Shown here in pieces: positions 37,933 through 47,457 of a stretch of 64,000 bases of DNA. The DNA is from Chloroflexota bacterium. Its GTDB lineage: Bacteria > Chloroflexota > Limnocylindria > Limnocylindrales > CSP1-4. The DNA lies in NCBI GenBank assembly GCA_016191425.1, contig JACPOR010000021.1:20312-84311 (forward strand), written 5' to 3'. The translations under genes were made by a program, and so were the position numbers. The notes under the pieces are model-generated. The model ran no database searches. It saw only the letters and a list, made by a program, of their open reading frames with translations, and was not told the DNA's origin. Every line of letters starts with the position of its first letter. Positions within the stretch are counted from its first letter, which is position 1.

Positions 37933-38020
37933 CCGCCCAGACCGCGCACTGACCGCGCACTGGCGTCAAACTGACGTCGCCCTGACGGCGCCATGACCGC
38001 GCCCAGACCGGGCCCGGCCG
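37915..38020. repeat. degenerate short direct repeats (cgcactgaccgc x2, c(g)cccagaccg x2, ctgacgtcgc x2) starting on the kinase stop codon
   Basis: Read directly. The structure is loose. Confidence 0.5.
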
Positions 38021-38039
38021 GCCGGCGCCGCGGCAGCTG

Positions 38040-39230
38040 TCACGGAAGGGTGGCCAGGACCTCCGCCGCGAGATCCGGGCTCGTCGTATTGATGACGAGG
38101 ACGGCGTCGCCGCTCGGTACCAGATACGGGGTCGTTCCCCCGTCACCGTAGTCGACCTGCGTCACCGAACGACCACCGAGGGTCGTCGTCTTCGTGGTCA
38201 CACCCGTGCCGTTCCCCGCCAGCCACGTCTCGAGCACGATCTTGCGGAGGTCGTCCACCGGCATGCCCACGACGCGGAAGGCCACGATGGAGAGGTCGAT
38301 GGTGCCGCCGGGGTCGTATGCCTCGGCGGCGTGGAAATCATCGATCGGGATTCCGGCGGTGTCGAGCGCGGCCGCGATCGCCCGACTCCCGGGGTCGGTG
38401 CCGAGCACTGAGCTGCCGGTGGCGCTGTTGATCGTGAGCGGCACACCGCCGATCGTCGCCGGAAGGATCGCCTCCAGTTCCGGGGCCGTCACGGCGGGTG
38501 ATGGCAGGGCCGCCGTGGACGCGGAGGGGCCCGGTGTCGGGGCGTTGGTCGACGGCCCCGCATCGGTGGGCGAGGGTTGCGCCGGAGGCGTGGCCGCCGA
38601 TGCGGTCCCGCCGAGTTGCCGGTCAAGCGCAGTGGCCATGGCCTCGACGTCGGCTGAGGTCGCGGCACCCGACGCGGCGATCGCGACGACGACGGAACCT
38701 CGACGGAATTCGATGTAGCTGACGCCCGACGACGTCAGCGCCGTGTAACCCTGGTCACCCAGATCGGTCCGTAACGACACGGTCTGCCCCTCGGCGGCCG
38801 CGGCATCCCGGGATCTCGATACGGCTCCGGCCGCATCGTCAGCGAAGCAGGAGACCGTGGCATAGATCACCGGCTGGGAGCTTGTCTGGTCGACCGGCGC
38901 CGGGCCGACCAGCGTGAGGGAAAGGCGGTTCGGGTCGAATTGCGTGGCGCTCGTCGTCCAGCCGATGGGCAGGCTGCCAGCCACCGGGGCAGCATCCCAG
39001 GCGCGGGATTGACACGCCGAGGCCGTCGAGAAGAAACCCTTCCAGGTCGTCAGGCCAAGCGCCACGAGCGCGAGGATACCCGCGCCGATCGCAAGTCGCC
39101 GCGTCAGCGGATCGAACGCGGTCACGCGCCCGCGAAGCGGGCCTCGCGCGCGGCGGCCGCGCGGACGCTCGGGCAGGGGCCCGTCGAATTCCAGGGGGAC
39201 CTCATCATCCACGGGCGCCTTACTGTCCAT
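38040..39230 (-). CDS. single-pass membrane protein of unknown function (two extracytoplasmic domains joined by a Pro/Ala/Ser linker)
   Basis: 396-aa ORF with high GC3. TM LAIGAGILALVALGLTTW. No family recognised. Confidence 0.6.
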   Translation of the reverse strand: MDSKAPVDDEVPLEFDGPLPERPRGRRARGPLRGRVTAFDPLTRRLAIGAGILALVALGLTTWKGFFSTASACQSRAWDAAPVAGSLPIGWTTSATQFDPNRLSLTLVGPAPVDQTSSQPVIYATVSCFADDAAGAVSRSRDAAAAEGQTVSLRTDLGDQGYTALTSSGVSYIEFRRGSVVVAIAASGAATSADVEAMATALDRQLGGTASAATPPAQPSPTDAGPSTNAPTPGPSASTAALPSPAVTAPELEAILPATIGGVPLTINSATGSSVLGTDPGSRAIAAALDTAGIPIDDFHAAEAYDPGGTIDLSIVAFRVVGMPVDDLRKIVLETWLAGNGTGVTTKTTTLGGRSVTQVDYGDGGTTPYLVPSGDAVLVINTTSPDLAAEVLATLP

Positions 39231-39437
39231 GGCTGGAGGGTGCCTGGGCTCGATGAGGGTTTGCTGAGTTGTTCATGACCGACGCATGCTGACACGCGAA
39301 CGCATTTTGTGAATCCGCTTCCCCGTCGACCGTACTTCGAGCCCGCCGCAAGGGGACGTTGGGGCGGGTCGACGAACCCCGGGCCCGGTTGGTGGGACCG
39401 CGCCGACGCCCACGCGATCGCGCGATAGCATCGCAGC

Positions 39438-41150
39438 ATGCCCAGAGAACGATTCGACTATGTCATCGTCGGCGGCGGTTCGGCCGGTAGCGCCCTCGCC
39501 AATCGCCTGAGCGTCGACCCAGGGACGCGGGTGCTCGTCCTCGAGGCCGGACGCCCGGACTGGCGCTTCGACGTGTTCGTGCACATGCCGGCCGCGCTCG
39601 CCTTTCCCATCGGCAGCTCGTTCTACGACTGGAAGTACGAGTCGGAGCCCGAGCCGTTCATGGGCGGCCGGCGCATCTACCATGCCCGCGGCAGGATTCT
39701 CGGCGGGTCCTCATCCATCAACGGGATGATCTTCCAGCGTGGCAATCCCCTCGACTACGAACGCTGGGCGGCCGCTCCCGGCATGGCGACCTGGGACTTC
39801 GCCCACTGCCTGCCGTATTTCCGGCGGATGGAGGACACGCTGGCCGCCGCGCCGGATGATCCCTGGCGAGGTCACGGCGGTCCGCTTCCCCTTGAGCGCG
39901 GCCCGGCGACCAACCCCCTGTTCGAGGCATTCTTCGAGGCGGTCCAGCAGGCCGGGCATCGGCTCACCAACGATGTCAACGGCTACCGGCAGGAGGGCTT
40001 CGCCCAGTTCGATCGAAACATCCGGCGCGGTCGACGGATCTCGGCCGCCCGCGCGTACCTGCACCCGATCATGCGCCGCAGGAACCTGAAGATCCGGACC
40101 CGCACATTCGTCACGAAGATCCATTTCGACGGCCGGCGGGCAACGGGCGTCGAGATCGAACGCCAGGGGGGTGGGACGGAGACCATCGAAGCCGGCGAGA
40201 TCATCCTTGCGGGCGGTTCTATCAACACGCCGCAACTGCTCCAGCTGTCGGGTGTCGGCAACGCCGCGGCATTGGCCGCCCTGGGTATCCCCATTGTGGC
40301 CGACCTGCCGGGTGTCGGGGAGAACCTCCAGGACCATCTGGAGGTGTATGTCCAGTATCGCTCGAAACTGCCCGTCTCGATGCAACCGTCGCTCGAGAAG
40401 TGGCGTCGTCCGTGGATCGGATTCCAGTGGTTGTTCCTGCGTCGAGGACCCGGTGCGACGAACCACTTCGAAGGTGGTGGTTTCGCTCGCAGCAACGGGG
40501 ATGTCGCCTACCCGAATCTCATGTTCCATTTCCTGCCGCTCGCCATTCGATACGATGGGTCGGCCCCGACGAGCGGTCACGGGTACCAGGTTCATGTTGG
40601 GCCCATGTACTCCGATGCTCGCGGGTCCAGGGTCGAGGCTGTCCGGGTCGCCCGGACCCTGCTCGAGCAGCCGGCCATGGACCGATTCAATGGGGGCGAG
40701 GTATCGCCCGGGTCGGCGGTCGAAACGGACGCCGAGATTCTCGATTGGGTGGCCCGGGACGGTGAGACTGCGCTCCATCCATCATGCACAGCCCGGATGG
40801 GAATCGATCCGCTCTCGGTCGTCGATCCGTTGACGATGCGAATCCATGGCATCGAGGGTCTCCGCGTCGTCGACGCATCCGTGTTCCCCTACGTCACCAA
40901 CGCGAACATCTATGCGCCCGTGATGATGGTCGCGGAAAAGGCGGCCGACCTGATCATCGGCAATACGCCGCTGTCACCGGACACGCGGCCGTTCTATCGC
41001 CACGGAACGGGGATGCCGCTGTTCGAGGGCGACCGGAAGCAGGCTGATTCCCGGCGGCTCGAGGGACCTGCGCCGGAGATTGGGCCGGTTCAGGCGTTCT
41101 TGCGCGGCCGTCCGCCTCGACCACCGGGGATGGGGGAACGGCTCAGGTAG
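39438..41150 (+). CDS. GMC-family FAD oxidoreductase (choline dehydrogenase-like)
   Basis: [30 protein letters not shown], the GMC signature region, and [17 protein letters not shown]. Confidence 0.85.
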   Translation: MPRERFDYVIVGGGSAGSALANRLSVDPGTRVLVLEAGRPDWRFDVFVHMPAALAFPIGSSFYDWKYESEPEPFMGGRRIYHARGRILGGSSSINGMIFQRGNPLDYERWAAAPGMATWDFAHCLPYFRRMEDTLAAAPDDPWRGHGGPLPLERGPATNPLFEAFFEAVQQAGHRLTNDVNGYRQEGFAQFDRNIRRGRRISAARAYLHPIMRRRNLKIRTRTFVTKIHFDGRRATGVEIERQGGGTETIEAGEIILAGGSINTPQLLQLSGVGNAAALAALGIPIVADLPGVGENLQDHLEVYVQYRSKLPVSMQPSLEKWRRPWIGFQWLFLRRGPGATNHFEGGGFARSNGDVAYPNLMFHFLPLAIRYDGSAPTSGHGYQVHVGPMYSDARGSRVEAVRVARTLLEQPAMDRFNGGEVSPGSAVETDAEILDWVARDGETALHPSCTARMGIDPLSVVDPLTMRIHGIEGLRVVDASVFPYVTNANIYAPVMMVAEKAADLIIGNTPLSPDTRPFYRHGTGMPLFEGDRKQADSRRLEGPAPEIGPVQAFLRGRPPRPPGMGERLR

Positions 41151-41413
41151 ATCGCTCCCCCGCGAACGCCCATGTTGATCGCCGCCGGATGGGCCGCGAT
41201 CTGGCGGGCCACAGCGAGGCGAATCGTCATCAGCTTTTCGTTGCCTTCCAGCTCGATCTTCTTGATTCCGGACAGCGGACCGACCGCAATCTCGTTGAGC
41301 GTCTTCTGGATCGCCTGGTCCCGCCTCTGCGCGGCAAGTTGGCGTGCCGTGAGGACGCGGGACTTGCGTGGCTTTGGGGCGAGTTCTTCCAGGTTCGCAT
41401 CGCGGATCTTCAT
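41090..41413 (-). CDS. hypothetical 107-aa basic protein (ends [11 protein letters not shown])
   Basis: The start is placed at ATG 41413 (GGAG 9 nt upstream). GC is lower than the neighbours. The 3' end overlaps the convergent GMC gene tail by 61 nt. Confidence 0.4.
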   Translation of the reverse strand: MKIRDANLEELAPKPRKSRVLTARQLAAQRRDQAIQKTLNEIAVGPLSGIKKIELEGNEKLMTIRLAVARQIAAHPAAINMGVRGGAIYLSRSPIPGGRGGRPRKNA

Positions 41414-41483
41414 CGATCGGGGCTCCAACGTGACGGCGAATGGATTTGACACCATGTGACCGAACGCAGCGGGATCCGTTCGA

Positions 41484-41516
41484 GAATGGTATCGACTCAG
41501 GAATGGTATCGGCTCA
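41484..41516. promoter_or_regulatory. two 16-bp direct repeats (gaatggtatcg(a/g)ctca, 17-bp period), a candidate operator in a divergent promoter region
   Basis: Read directly. Lies in the low-GC gap between 41413 (minus-strand start) and 41684 (plus-strand start). Confidence 0.3.
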
Positions 41517-41683
41517 TCTGTCAAACGCAAGATCCAGGTGATCAATCCCGTCGAGGTTTTCGGTTCGGAGAGGCGGTGCGACCACGCACCATGGATTCGC
41601 GGACGGCTGGAACAAAGCCGTAGCGGAAGGGTATGCTCAAACGCACCTCGGCGGTCTGCCTGCCGAACCTGGAGGTCGCGTCC

Positions 41684-42457
41684 ATGTCCCGTGCTCCCCG
41701 CCGAGCAGTTCTGCTCGCCGCCGGTCTTGCCGTCGCACTCATCGTGCCGACCTCAGTGTCGGCGAGCAATTCCTGGGGTGGCTACCACTGGGCGCGCACA
41801 GCGAATCCCTTCACCCTCAAGCTGGGTGACAGGCTCACCGACCCCTGGCATTCGTACCTCGCGACGACATCCACCGACTGGAGCGCGTCGAGCGTTCTCG
41901 ATACGGTGATCGTTCCCGGAACCGCGGTGAAGAAGCTCTGCAGTGCGTCCACCGGCACGGTTCAGGTCTGCAACTCGAAGTACGGAAACTCCGGCTGGCT
42001 CGGGGTTGCCCAAGTCTGGATCTCCGGATCTCACATCACCAAGGGGACCGTGAAGGTCAACGACACGTACTTCCAGACGTCGACCTACAACACGGACGCC
42101 TGGCGAAATCTCGTCATGTGCCAGGAGGTCGGCCACACCCTGGGGCTGGACCATCAGGATACGAATTTCAGCAACCCGAACCTTCAAACGTGTATGGATT
42201 ACACCAACGATCCCAGCACGAACCAACACCCGAATCAGCACGACTTTGACGAACTCGGCTTGATCTACGGGCACCTGGACAGCACCGCCACGGTCGGTGC
42301 GACCACCGGATCGAACGGCCGAGCGGACGTGCCCGAGGTTGACGGCTCCTGGGGTCGGCTCGTGGCCGTGACCAGCGGGGGCCATGAGGCCGTCTACAGC
42401 CTTGATCTCGGTGACGGTGAGCAAGTGATCACGTACGTCCTGTGGGCGGATCGCTGA
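41684..42457 (+). CDS. secreted metzincin-like protein with a variant zinc motif QEVGHTLGLDH
   Basis: GGAGG RBS. Signal peptide MSRAPRRAVLLAAGLAVALIVPTSVSA. The motif CQEVGHTLGLDHQD..CMDY fits HExxHxxGxxH except that the first His codon is CAG (Gln). Confidence 0.65.
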   Translation: MSRAPRRAVLLAAGLAVALIVPTSVSASNSWGGYHWARTANPFTLKLGDRLTDPWHSYLATTSTDWSASSVLDTVIVPGTAVKKLCSASTGTVQVCNSKYGNSGWLGVAQVWISGSHITKGTVKVNDTYFQTSTYNTDAWRNLVMCQEVGHTLGLDHQDTNFSNPNLQTCMDYTNDPSTNQHPNQHDFDELGLIYGHLDSTATVGATTGSNGRADVPEVDGSWGRLVAVTSGGHEAVYSLDLGDGEQVITYVLWADR

Positions 42458-42603
42458 GCCGAACGGCCCCGGTCTGTCTCGGCGACCAGATCATCACGAA
42501 CGTCCTGTGGGCGGATCGCTGAGCCGAGCGGATCGCTGAGCCGAGCGGATCGATGAGCCGAGCGGCCCCGGTTGGTCTCGGCGGCCCCGGTTGGTCTCGG
42601 CGG
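42415..42603. repeat. nested tandem repeats that duplicate the last ~30 nt plus TGA of the protease-like CDS
   Basis: acgtacgtcctgtgggcggatcgcTGAgcc is followed 65 nt later by acgaacgtcctgtgggcggatcgcTGAgcc, then by ggatcg(c/a)TGAgccgagc (3 overlapping copies) and ggccccggttggtctcggc x2. Confidence 0.9.
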
Positions 42604-42772
42604 GGGTCGAACCTTGTCCGACCGCGCCAGCCGTGATTCCGCGGACCTATCGACCGGATACTCCATGGGCTGATCGAGCTCATTCATCAATCCGACATCA
42701 GCGTTCGTCAACGACGTGCGCGGTACGTACGGCGCGGCGCCGCGAACGCCGGGGCCGGGAACGCCCTCGCGG

Positions 42773-43693
42773 CTACCCGAAAATCTGGCGGAGGGCGAAG
42801 AGCACGTTGGCCGGGCGCTCGGCGAGCCGCCGCATGTACCACGGATACCAGGCCTCGCCGTACGCAATCAGGGTTCGAACGCGATATCCGGCGGCGCTCA
42901 GTCGATGCTGCTGGTCGGTCCGGATTCCGTAGAGCATCTGGACCTCGAACGACGTTCGCGACAACCCGAGCGCGGTTGCGTGCTCGGCAACCTGCTCGAT
43001 GAGCCGTACGTCGTGCGTCCCGAGCCCGATCCGGATCGGCGTGCCCGCCCGGGCCGCCTCGAGCATCGCAACCGACAGGGCGAGGTAGTTCGCGTCGACG
43101 TCGTGGCGCGTCGTATAGGCGATGTCGGCGGGCTCGGCGTAGGCACCCTTCACCAGCCGGATTTCCGGTTGGAGGGGCAGGAGCCGCTGGATATCCGCGG
43201 CGGTTCGTCGGAGATACGCCTGCAGGCAGATTCCGATGTTCGGATGGACGGCCTTGAGTCGTTCATAGAAGGCGATGGTGCCTTCGGCGTAGGCGCTGCC
43301 CTCCATATCCACCCACAGCGTCTTGCCCTGTTCGGCAGCCCTGGAAGCGAGCCCCGCCGCGTGTCCGAAGGTGCGCTCGATGTCGAGGTCGAAGCCGAGC
43401 TGGGTGAGCTTCACGCTGACCTCGCCGTCGAGCCGGCGTTCCCGGAGCTGGTCCATGACTCCGAGGTAGTGGGCGGCGACGGCGTCGGCCTCGTCGATCC
43501 TCGTCAGGTTCTCGCCGAGGCGCGTGTACAGCGACCCGATCCCCGCGACCTGGAACTGCATTCCGGCCGCGAGCGCGCTCTCCGGGTCCTCGCCGGGCAT
43601 GAACCGGCGAACGGCACGCCTGGCGAACCAGAGCCTCGGCAATCGGTCGCGCAACCACGTGTTCCGCGCCATCCACAGCAAGAGTGATCGCAT
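42773..43693 (-). CDS. proline dehydrogenase
   Basis: PRODH TIM-barrel pattern: SVKLTQLG, LWVDMEGS, ICLQAYLRR, RLVKGAY, GTHD, QMLYG. The start is trimmed to ATG 43693. Confidence 0.85.
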   Translation of the reverse strand: MRSLLLWMARNTWLRDRLPRLWFARRAVRRFMPGEDPESALAAGMQFQVAGIGSLYTRLGENLTRIDEADAVAAHYLGVMDQLRERRLDGEVSVKLTQLGFDLDIERTFGHAAGLASRAAEQGKTLWVDMEGSAYAEGTIAFYERLKAVHPNIGICLQAYLRRTAADIQRLLPLQPEIRLVKGAYAEPADIAYTTRHDVDANYLALSVAMLEAARAGTPIRIGLGTHDVRLIEQVAEHATALGLSRTSFEVQMLYGIRTDQQHRLSAAGYRVRTLIAYGEAWYPWYMRRLAERPANVLFALRQIFG

Positions 43694-43703
43694 GGGCGAA
43701 AGG

Positions 43704-44804
43704 CTAATCGCTTCGCGCCCCCGATGCAGCGCGGCCTGGTCCGGCGTCGATGACCATCGCGAGAAGCCCGGCCGCTCGATCGCAGGCCTCGCGCGAAACG
43801 TCAAGGTGGGTCACGGCCCGCAACGTCCTCGGGCCAAGGGCGTTCAGCAGGACGCCCCGCTCGCGCGCCCGGGCGACGACCATGGCGGCGTCCGGGCCGT
43901 CTTCACGGAGATGGCACACGACGACGTTCGTGCGGACCGTGGTTGGATCGATCCGCGCGTTTCGAGTCCCGGCGAGCACATCGGCGATGTGGCGCGCGTT
44001 GGCGTGATCCTCGGCCAGGCGGTCGAGGTTGTGCTCGAGCGCATACAGGCCCGCAGCCCCGAAGCTGCCGATCTGACGCATCGCGCCGCCCGACATGCGC
44101 CGAAATCGGCGGAGTCGCGGCAGCAGATCGCGCGGCCCCGCGAGGAGCGAGCCGCCCGGGGCTCCGAGGCCCTTCGACATGGCGACGCTCACGAGATCGA
44201 ATGGCGAAGCGACGGCCATCGGACTCCGACCGCTTGCCACGGCCGCGTTCCAGAGCCTGGCGCCGTCCAAGAAGGAGTTGATCCCATGTTCCCGCGCGGC
44301 TTCGCAGATCGCGCTCGCCTCGGCGGCGGGAAAGACGACACCGCCGGCTCGGTTATGCGTGTCCTCGACGGACACCAGCGAGGTCCCGGGGTACAGGAAG
44401 TGGTCCTGCGGCTTGATCGCGGCGATGAATTGAGCGGCCGTGAAGACCCCGGCAGTACCAATCTCCGTGAACTGGACGCCGGCGTTGACGGCGCCACCGC
44501 CCACCTCGTGCCAGACGACGTGGCTCTCCCGCGAAACGATCACGTCGTCGCCCGGACGGGTCAGCGCTCGGAGGGCCACCTGATCGGCCATGGTCCCGGT
44601 CGGGAACCAGAGCGCCATCTCCTTGCCGAGCAACTCGGCGACCCGATCCTGGAGCCGGTTGATGGTCGGGTCTTCGCCGTACTGGTCGTCACCGACTTCC
44701 GCGGCCGCCATGGCCGCGACCATGCCCCGGGAAGGCCTGGTCACGGTGTCGGACCGGAGATCAACGGGGCCATCGAACGAGGTCCTGGGGGCTTCGCGAA
44801 GCAC
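43704..44804 (-). CDS. ltaE: low-specificity L-threonine aldolase (beta-eliminating lyase family)
   Basis: VDLRSDTVTRPSRGMVAAMAAAEVGDDQYGEDPTINRLQDRVAELLGKE..FPTGTMADQVAL closely follows the LtaE N-terminus. Confidence 0.85.
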   Translation of the reverse strand: MLREAPRTSFDGPVDLRSDTVTRPSRGMVAAMAAAEVGDDQYGEDPTINRLQDRVAELLGKEMALWFPTGTMADQVALRALTRPGDDVIVSRESHVVWHEVGGGAVNAGVQFTEIGTAGVFTAAQFIAAIKPQDHFLYPGTSLVSVEDTHNRAGGVVFPAAEASAICEAAREHGINSFLDGARLWNAAVASGRSPMAVASPFDLVSVAMSKGLGAPGGSLLAGPRDLLPRLRRFRRMSGGAMRQIGSFGAAGLYALEHNLDRLAEDHANARHIADVLAGTRNARIDPTTVRTNVVVCHLREDGPDAAMVVARARERGVLLNALGPRTLRAVTHLDVSREACDRAAGLLAMVIDAGPGRAASGARSD

Positions 44805-44895
44805 GGCCCGAGTCTAGCCTGGCATGGTTGACGCCACAATCGGCCTTGCTTGACGCTACAACCTGAAGGCCCGTACCATGCGCGGCACAACTGAA

Positions 44896-45008
44896 TAGCC
44901 TATCGAGAGTGGTGGAGGGACCGGCCCGTGGATACCACGACAACCTGGCGACGGTGACGTCGACAAGGTGCCAATTCCGGGCAGGACAACCGCCTGCGAG
45001 ATAGGGAT
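44896..45008 (+). promoter_or_regulatory. SAM-I (S-box) riboswitch
   Basis: P1 cctatc/gatagg; core gagaGTGGTGGAGGGAccGGCCCgtgGAtaCCac; CAACC; aAGGTGCCAATTCCgggcag. Matches the S-box consensus from memory. Confidence 0.85.
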
Positions 45009-45018
45009 CACCCGATCG

Positions 45019-45049
45019 CCCTTCCGCGCAGGAAGGGTTTCTTGTTTTT
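45019..45049 (+). terminator. intrinsic terminator (riboswitch expression platform)
   Basis: cccttcc-gcgca-ggaaggg followed by tttcttgttttt, about 75 nt upstream of the thrC-like start. Confidence 0.85.
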
Positions 45050-45123
45050 CCGGCCACTCCTCGGTCAGGCAGGTTCGCCGACAGCGCGACCCACGGGCGC
45101 GCCCACCGACCAGGAGTTCAGCC

Positions 45124-46584
45124 ATGACGACCGAAACGAGCACCACCGACTCCCGCCACCGGGCCTGGTCGATGATGGCCGCGCCGGTCGAGCCGGTCGA
45201 GCCGGTCGAGCCGGCGGCGGGCGGGGCACAGAGCACAGCTACCCTGCGGCGCGCCGAAAGCTCCAACGCCGCCGCCGATCGCCCGCGGATCGTCGGCCTG
45301 CGCTGCCGAAACTGCCAGCGGGCCGAGGTCACCGGGCCGAACTTCGTATGCCAGGCGTGCTTCGGGCCGCTCGAGGTGGTCCTGGATCGTGAGGTCATTC
45401 GGGCCCAGGTCAGTCGCGCGGCCATCATGGCTCGCGGTCCCGATATCTGGCGCTACCTCGAGTTGCTGCCAGTCGAATCCGTGCCGTTGCGCGGGCTTGC
45501 CGTCGGGTCCACGCCGCTGATCCGTGCTGATCGGCTCGCGTCCGAGATCGGCCTCGGCAGCGGTCGGCTGCGTCTCAAGGACGACACTCGGAATCCCACG
45601 CTCTCGTTCAAGGACCGCGTCGTGGCGATCGCTGCGGCGCGCGCCGTTGACTTCGGGTTCGATACCCTCGCCTGCGCCTCTACCGGCAACCTCGCCGGTG
45701 CCACGGCAGCGGCGGCAGCCGCTCTCGGCATGCGTGCCGTCGTGTTCGTTCCGGCCGACCTCGAACCGGCCAAAGTCGATCACGCGCTCAGTTACGGCGC
45801 GACGGTGGTGCCGGTCAACGGCACGTATGACGACATCAACCGCCTCAGCCTGGAAATCGCGGACGAGGAGGGCTGGGCCTTCGTCAACGTGAACATGCGG
45901 CCGTATTACTCGGAGGGCAGCAAGACGCTGGCCTTCGAGGTGGCCGAGCAGCTCGGTTGGCGGCTTCCGGACGTGCTCGTGGCCCCGATTGCCTCGGGGA
46001 GCCTGTTCACCAAGGTCGCTCGTGGCTTCGAGGACCTGGTCGATGCGGGTCTCGTCGAGGAGAAGCCGGTCCGGTTCATCGGTGCCCAGCCCGACGGGTG
46101 CTCGCCCGTCGCCCAGGCGTTCGCCGACGGAACTGACGAGATCCAGCCCGTTCGTGCACCCGACACCATCGTTCGATCCCTGGCCATCGGCTCTCCGGCG
46201 GACGGAGGGTATGCGCTCGCGCTGGCACGCCGCACCGGCGGATCGATCGAGGCCGTCCCAGACGGCGCCACGGCCGCGTCGATCCGGCGCCTCGGCCGGA
46301 CCGAGGGGCTGTTCGCGGAGACCGCGGGCGGTGTGACGGTCGCCGGCCTCGAGCGGGCGGTGCGGCGGGGCATCATCAACGACGGCGACGAGGTCGTGGC
46401 CCTGATCACCGGCAACGGGGTCAAGACACCGGATGCCAAGTGGTTCGGCCTGGACGAGGATCCTGACGCGGATCCGCGCTCCGGTGCGGATCCGCGCTCC
46501 GGCGGAGGTGACCGTCCCCCCGGTCTCTCGTCACCCATCGATCCGTCCTACGCCGCATTTGTTCGAGCAGGGCTCGGCTCATGA
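45124..46584 (+). CDS. threonine synthase paralogue with N-terminal zinc ribbon (SAM-riboswitch controlled)
   Basis: AGGAG RBS. CRNCQ..CQAC ribbon, PLP-lysine motif NPTLSFKDR, STGN, GNGVK. The C-terminal tail holds an 18-bp duplication (ADPRSG x2). Confidence 0.85.
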   Translation: MTTETSTTDSRHRAWSMMAAPVEPVEPVEPAAGGAQSTATLRRAESSNAAADRPRIVGLRCRNCQRAEVTGPNFVCQACFGPLEVVLDREVIRAQVSRAAIMARGPDIWRYLELLPVESVPLRGLAVGSTPLIRADRLASEIGLGSGRLRLKDDTRNPTLSFKDRVVAIAAARAVDFGFDTLACASTGNLAGATAAAAAALGMRAVVFVPADLEPAKVDHALSYGATVVPVNGTYDDINRLSLEIADEEGWAFVNVNMRPYYSEGSKTLAFEVAEQLGWRLPDVLVAPIASGSLFTKVARGFEDLVDAGLVEEKPVRFIGAQPDGCSPVAQAFADGTDEIQPVRAPDTIVRSLAIGSPADGGYALALARRTGGSIEAVPDGATAASIRRLGRTEGLFAETAGGVTVAGLERAVRRGIINDGDEVVALITGNGVKTPDAKWFGLDEDPDADPRSGADPRSGGGDRPPGLSSPIDPSYAAFVRAGLGS

Positions 46585-46836
46585 GGCCGGTCAGCACGCT
46601 CAGGCCCCGCGTCCGAATCGTCCATCTTGCTGCGATCACCCGACCGCCCGTAGACTGTGCCGTGATGACGCGCCCCACGGGTATCCCGGGCCGCTGCCTC
46701 TGTACCCGGCGGGCCTGAGCCCGACGGCCGACACCGGCTGTCCTTCGGTCCGCACCTCGGCTTCTCAACGGTCCTGATCGCCGCGCCCTTCGACGCCGCG
46801 CCGGGCCGATGCCCATCTCCACCCTGAGGTACTCCC

Positions 46837-47337
46837 GTGTCATCCGTGATCACCGTTCGCACCATCGATCCCCGTGGCCAGCGGTTCGGCGCCGCATTCT
46901 CTGCCGTCACGCTTCTCCTCGGGTTTGCAATCGACCAGCCGCTCCTTGCGGCGGTGGTGGGGATTGCCCTTGCCGTAAGCGCCGCCCTCGGCACCCAGTG
47001 GTTTCTCTTCGGCCGGCCCTGGCCGACCATCCGGCGCAACCTCCACCTTGGCGCGCCGCCGGCCGTGGAGCCGGAACTGGGTCCCCGGTTCGCACAGGCG
47101 CTCGGAGCTGCGTTCGTCGCGATCGGGTTCGTGCTCTACTTCGGCGGGATCGAGCCCTGGTTCTGGACGCCGATTCTGGCGGTTGCCGGACTCCAGACGC
47201 TCCTTGCCGTGACCGGCTTCTGCCTCGGTTGCCGGCTCTACGGCCTGCACTGGTTCCTGCCGGCCGTCTTCGATCGCATCGTCCTGCGGGCGGGGACGGT
47301 GCCGGGCACTCGGCTTCGGAACCCGCGCCTCGGCTGA
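46837..47337 (+). CDS. DUF4395-like integral membrane protein
   Basis: GTG start with GAGG 9 nt upstream. 4 TM. DPRGQRFGAAFSAV..GPRFAQALGAAF..GFCLGC fits DUF4395 as I recall it. Confidence 0.55.
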   Translation: MSSVITVRTIDPRGQRFGAAFSAVTLLLGFAIDQPLLAAVVGIALAVSAALGTQWFLFGRPWPTIRRNLHLGAPPAVEPELGPRFAQALGAAFVAIGFVLYFGGIEPWFWTPILAVAGLQTLLAVTGFCLGCRLYGLHWFLPAVFDRIVLRAGTVPGTRLRNPRLG

Positions 47338-47457
47338 TCCGTGGCCCGTGCCGGTACGTGGCCGGCACGTGGCCGGCGGTCAACCGGGAATCACCCGGCA
47401 ATCGCGCCGTCGTGCTGGCACCATGGAACGGATGCAGCAGGAAGCGGGTTCTCGAGG

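Noticed and set aside
46585-46836. A ThiS/MoaD-like sulfur-carrier ORF between the thrC-like and DUF4395 genes
   Set aside because: I translated all three plus frames and found no plausible ~70-90 aa ORF ending in GG. The spacer remains unexplained.
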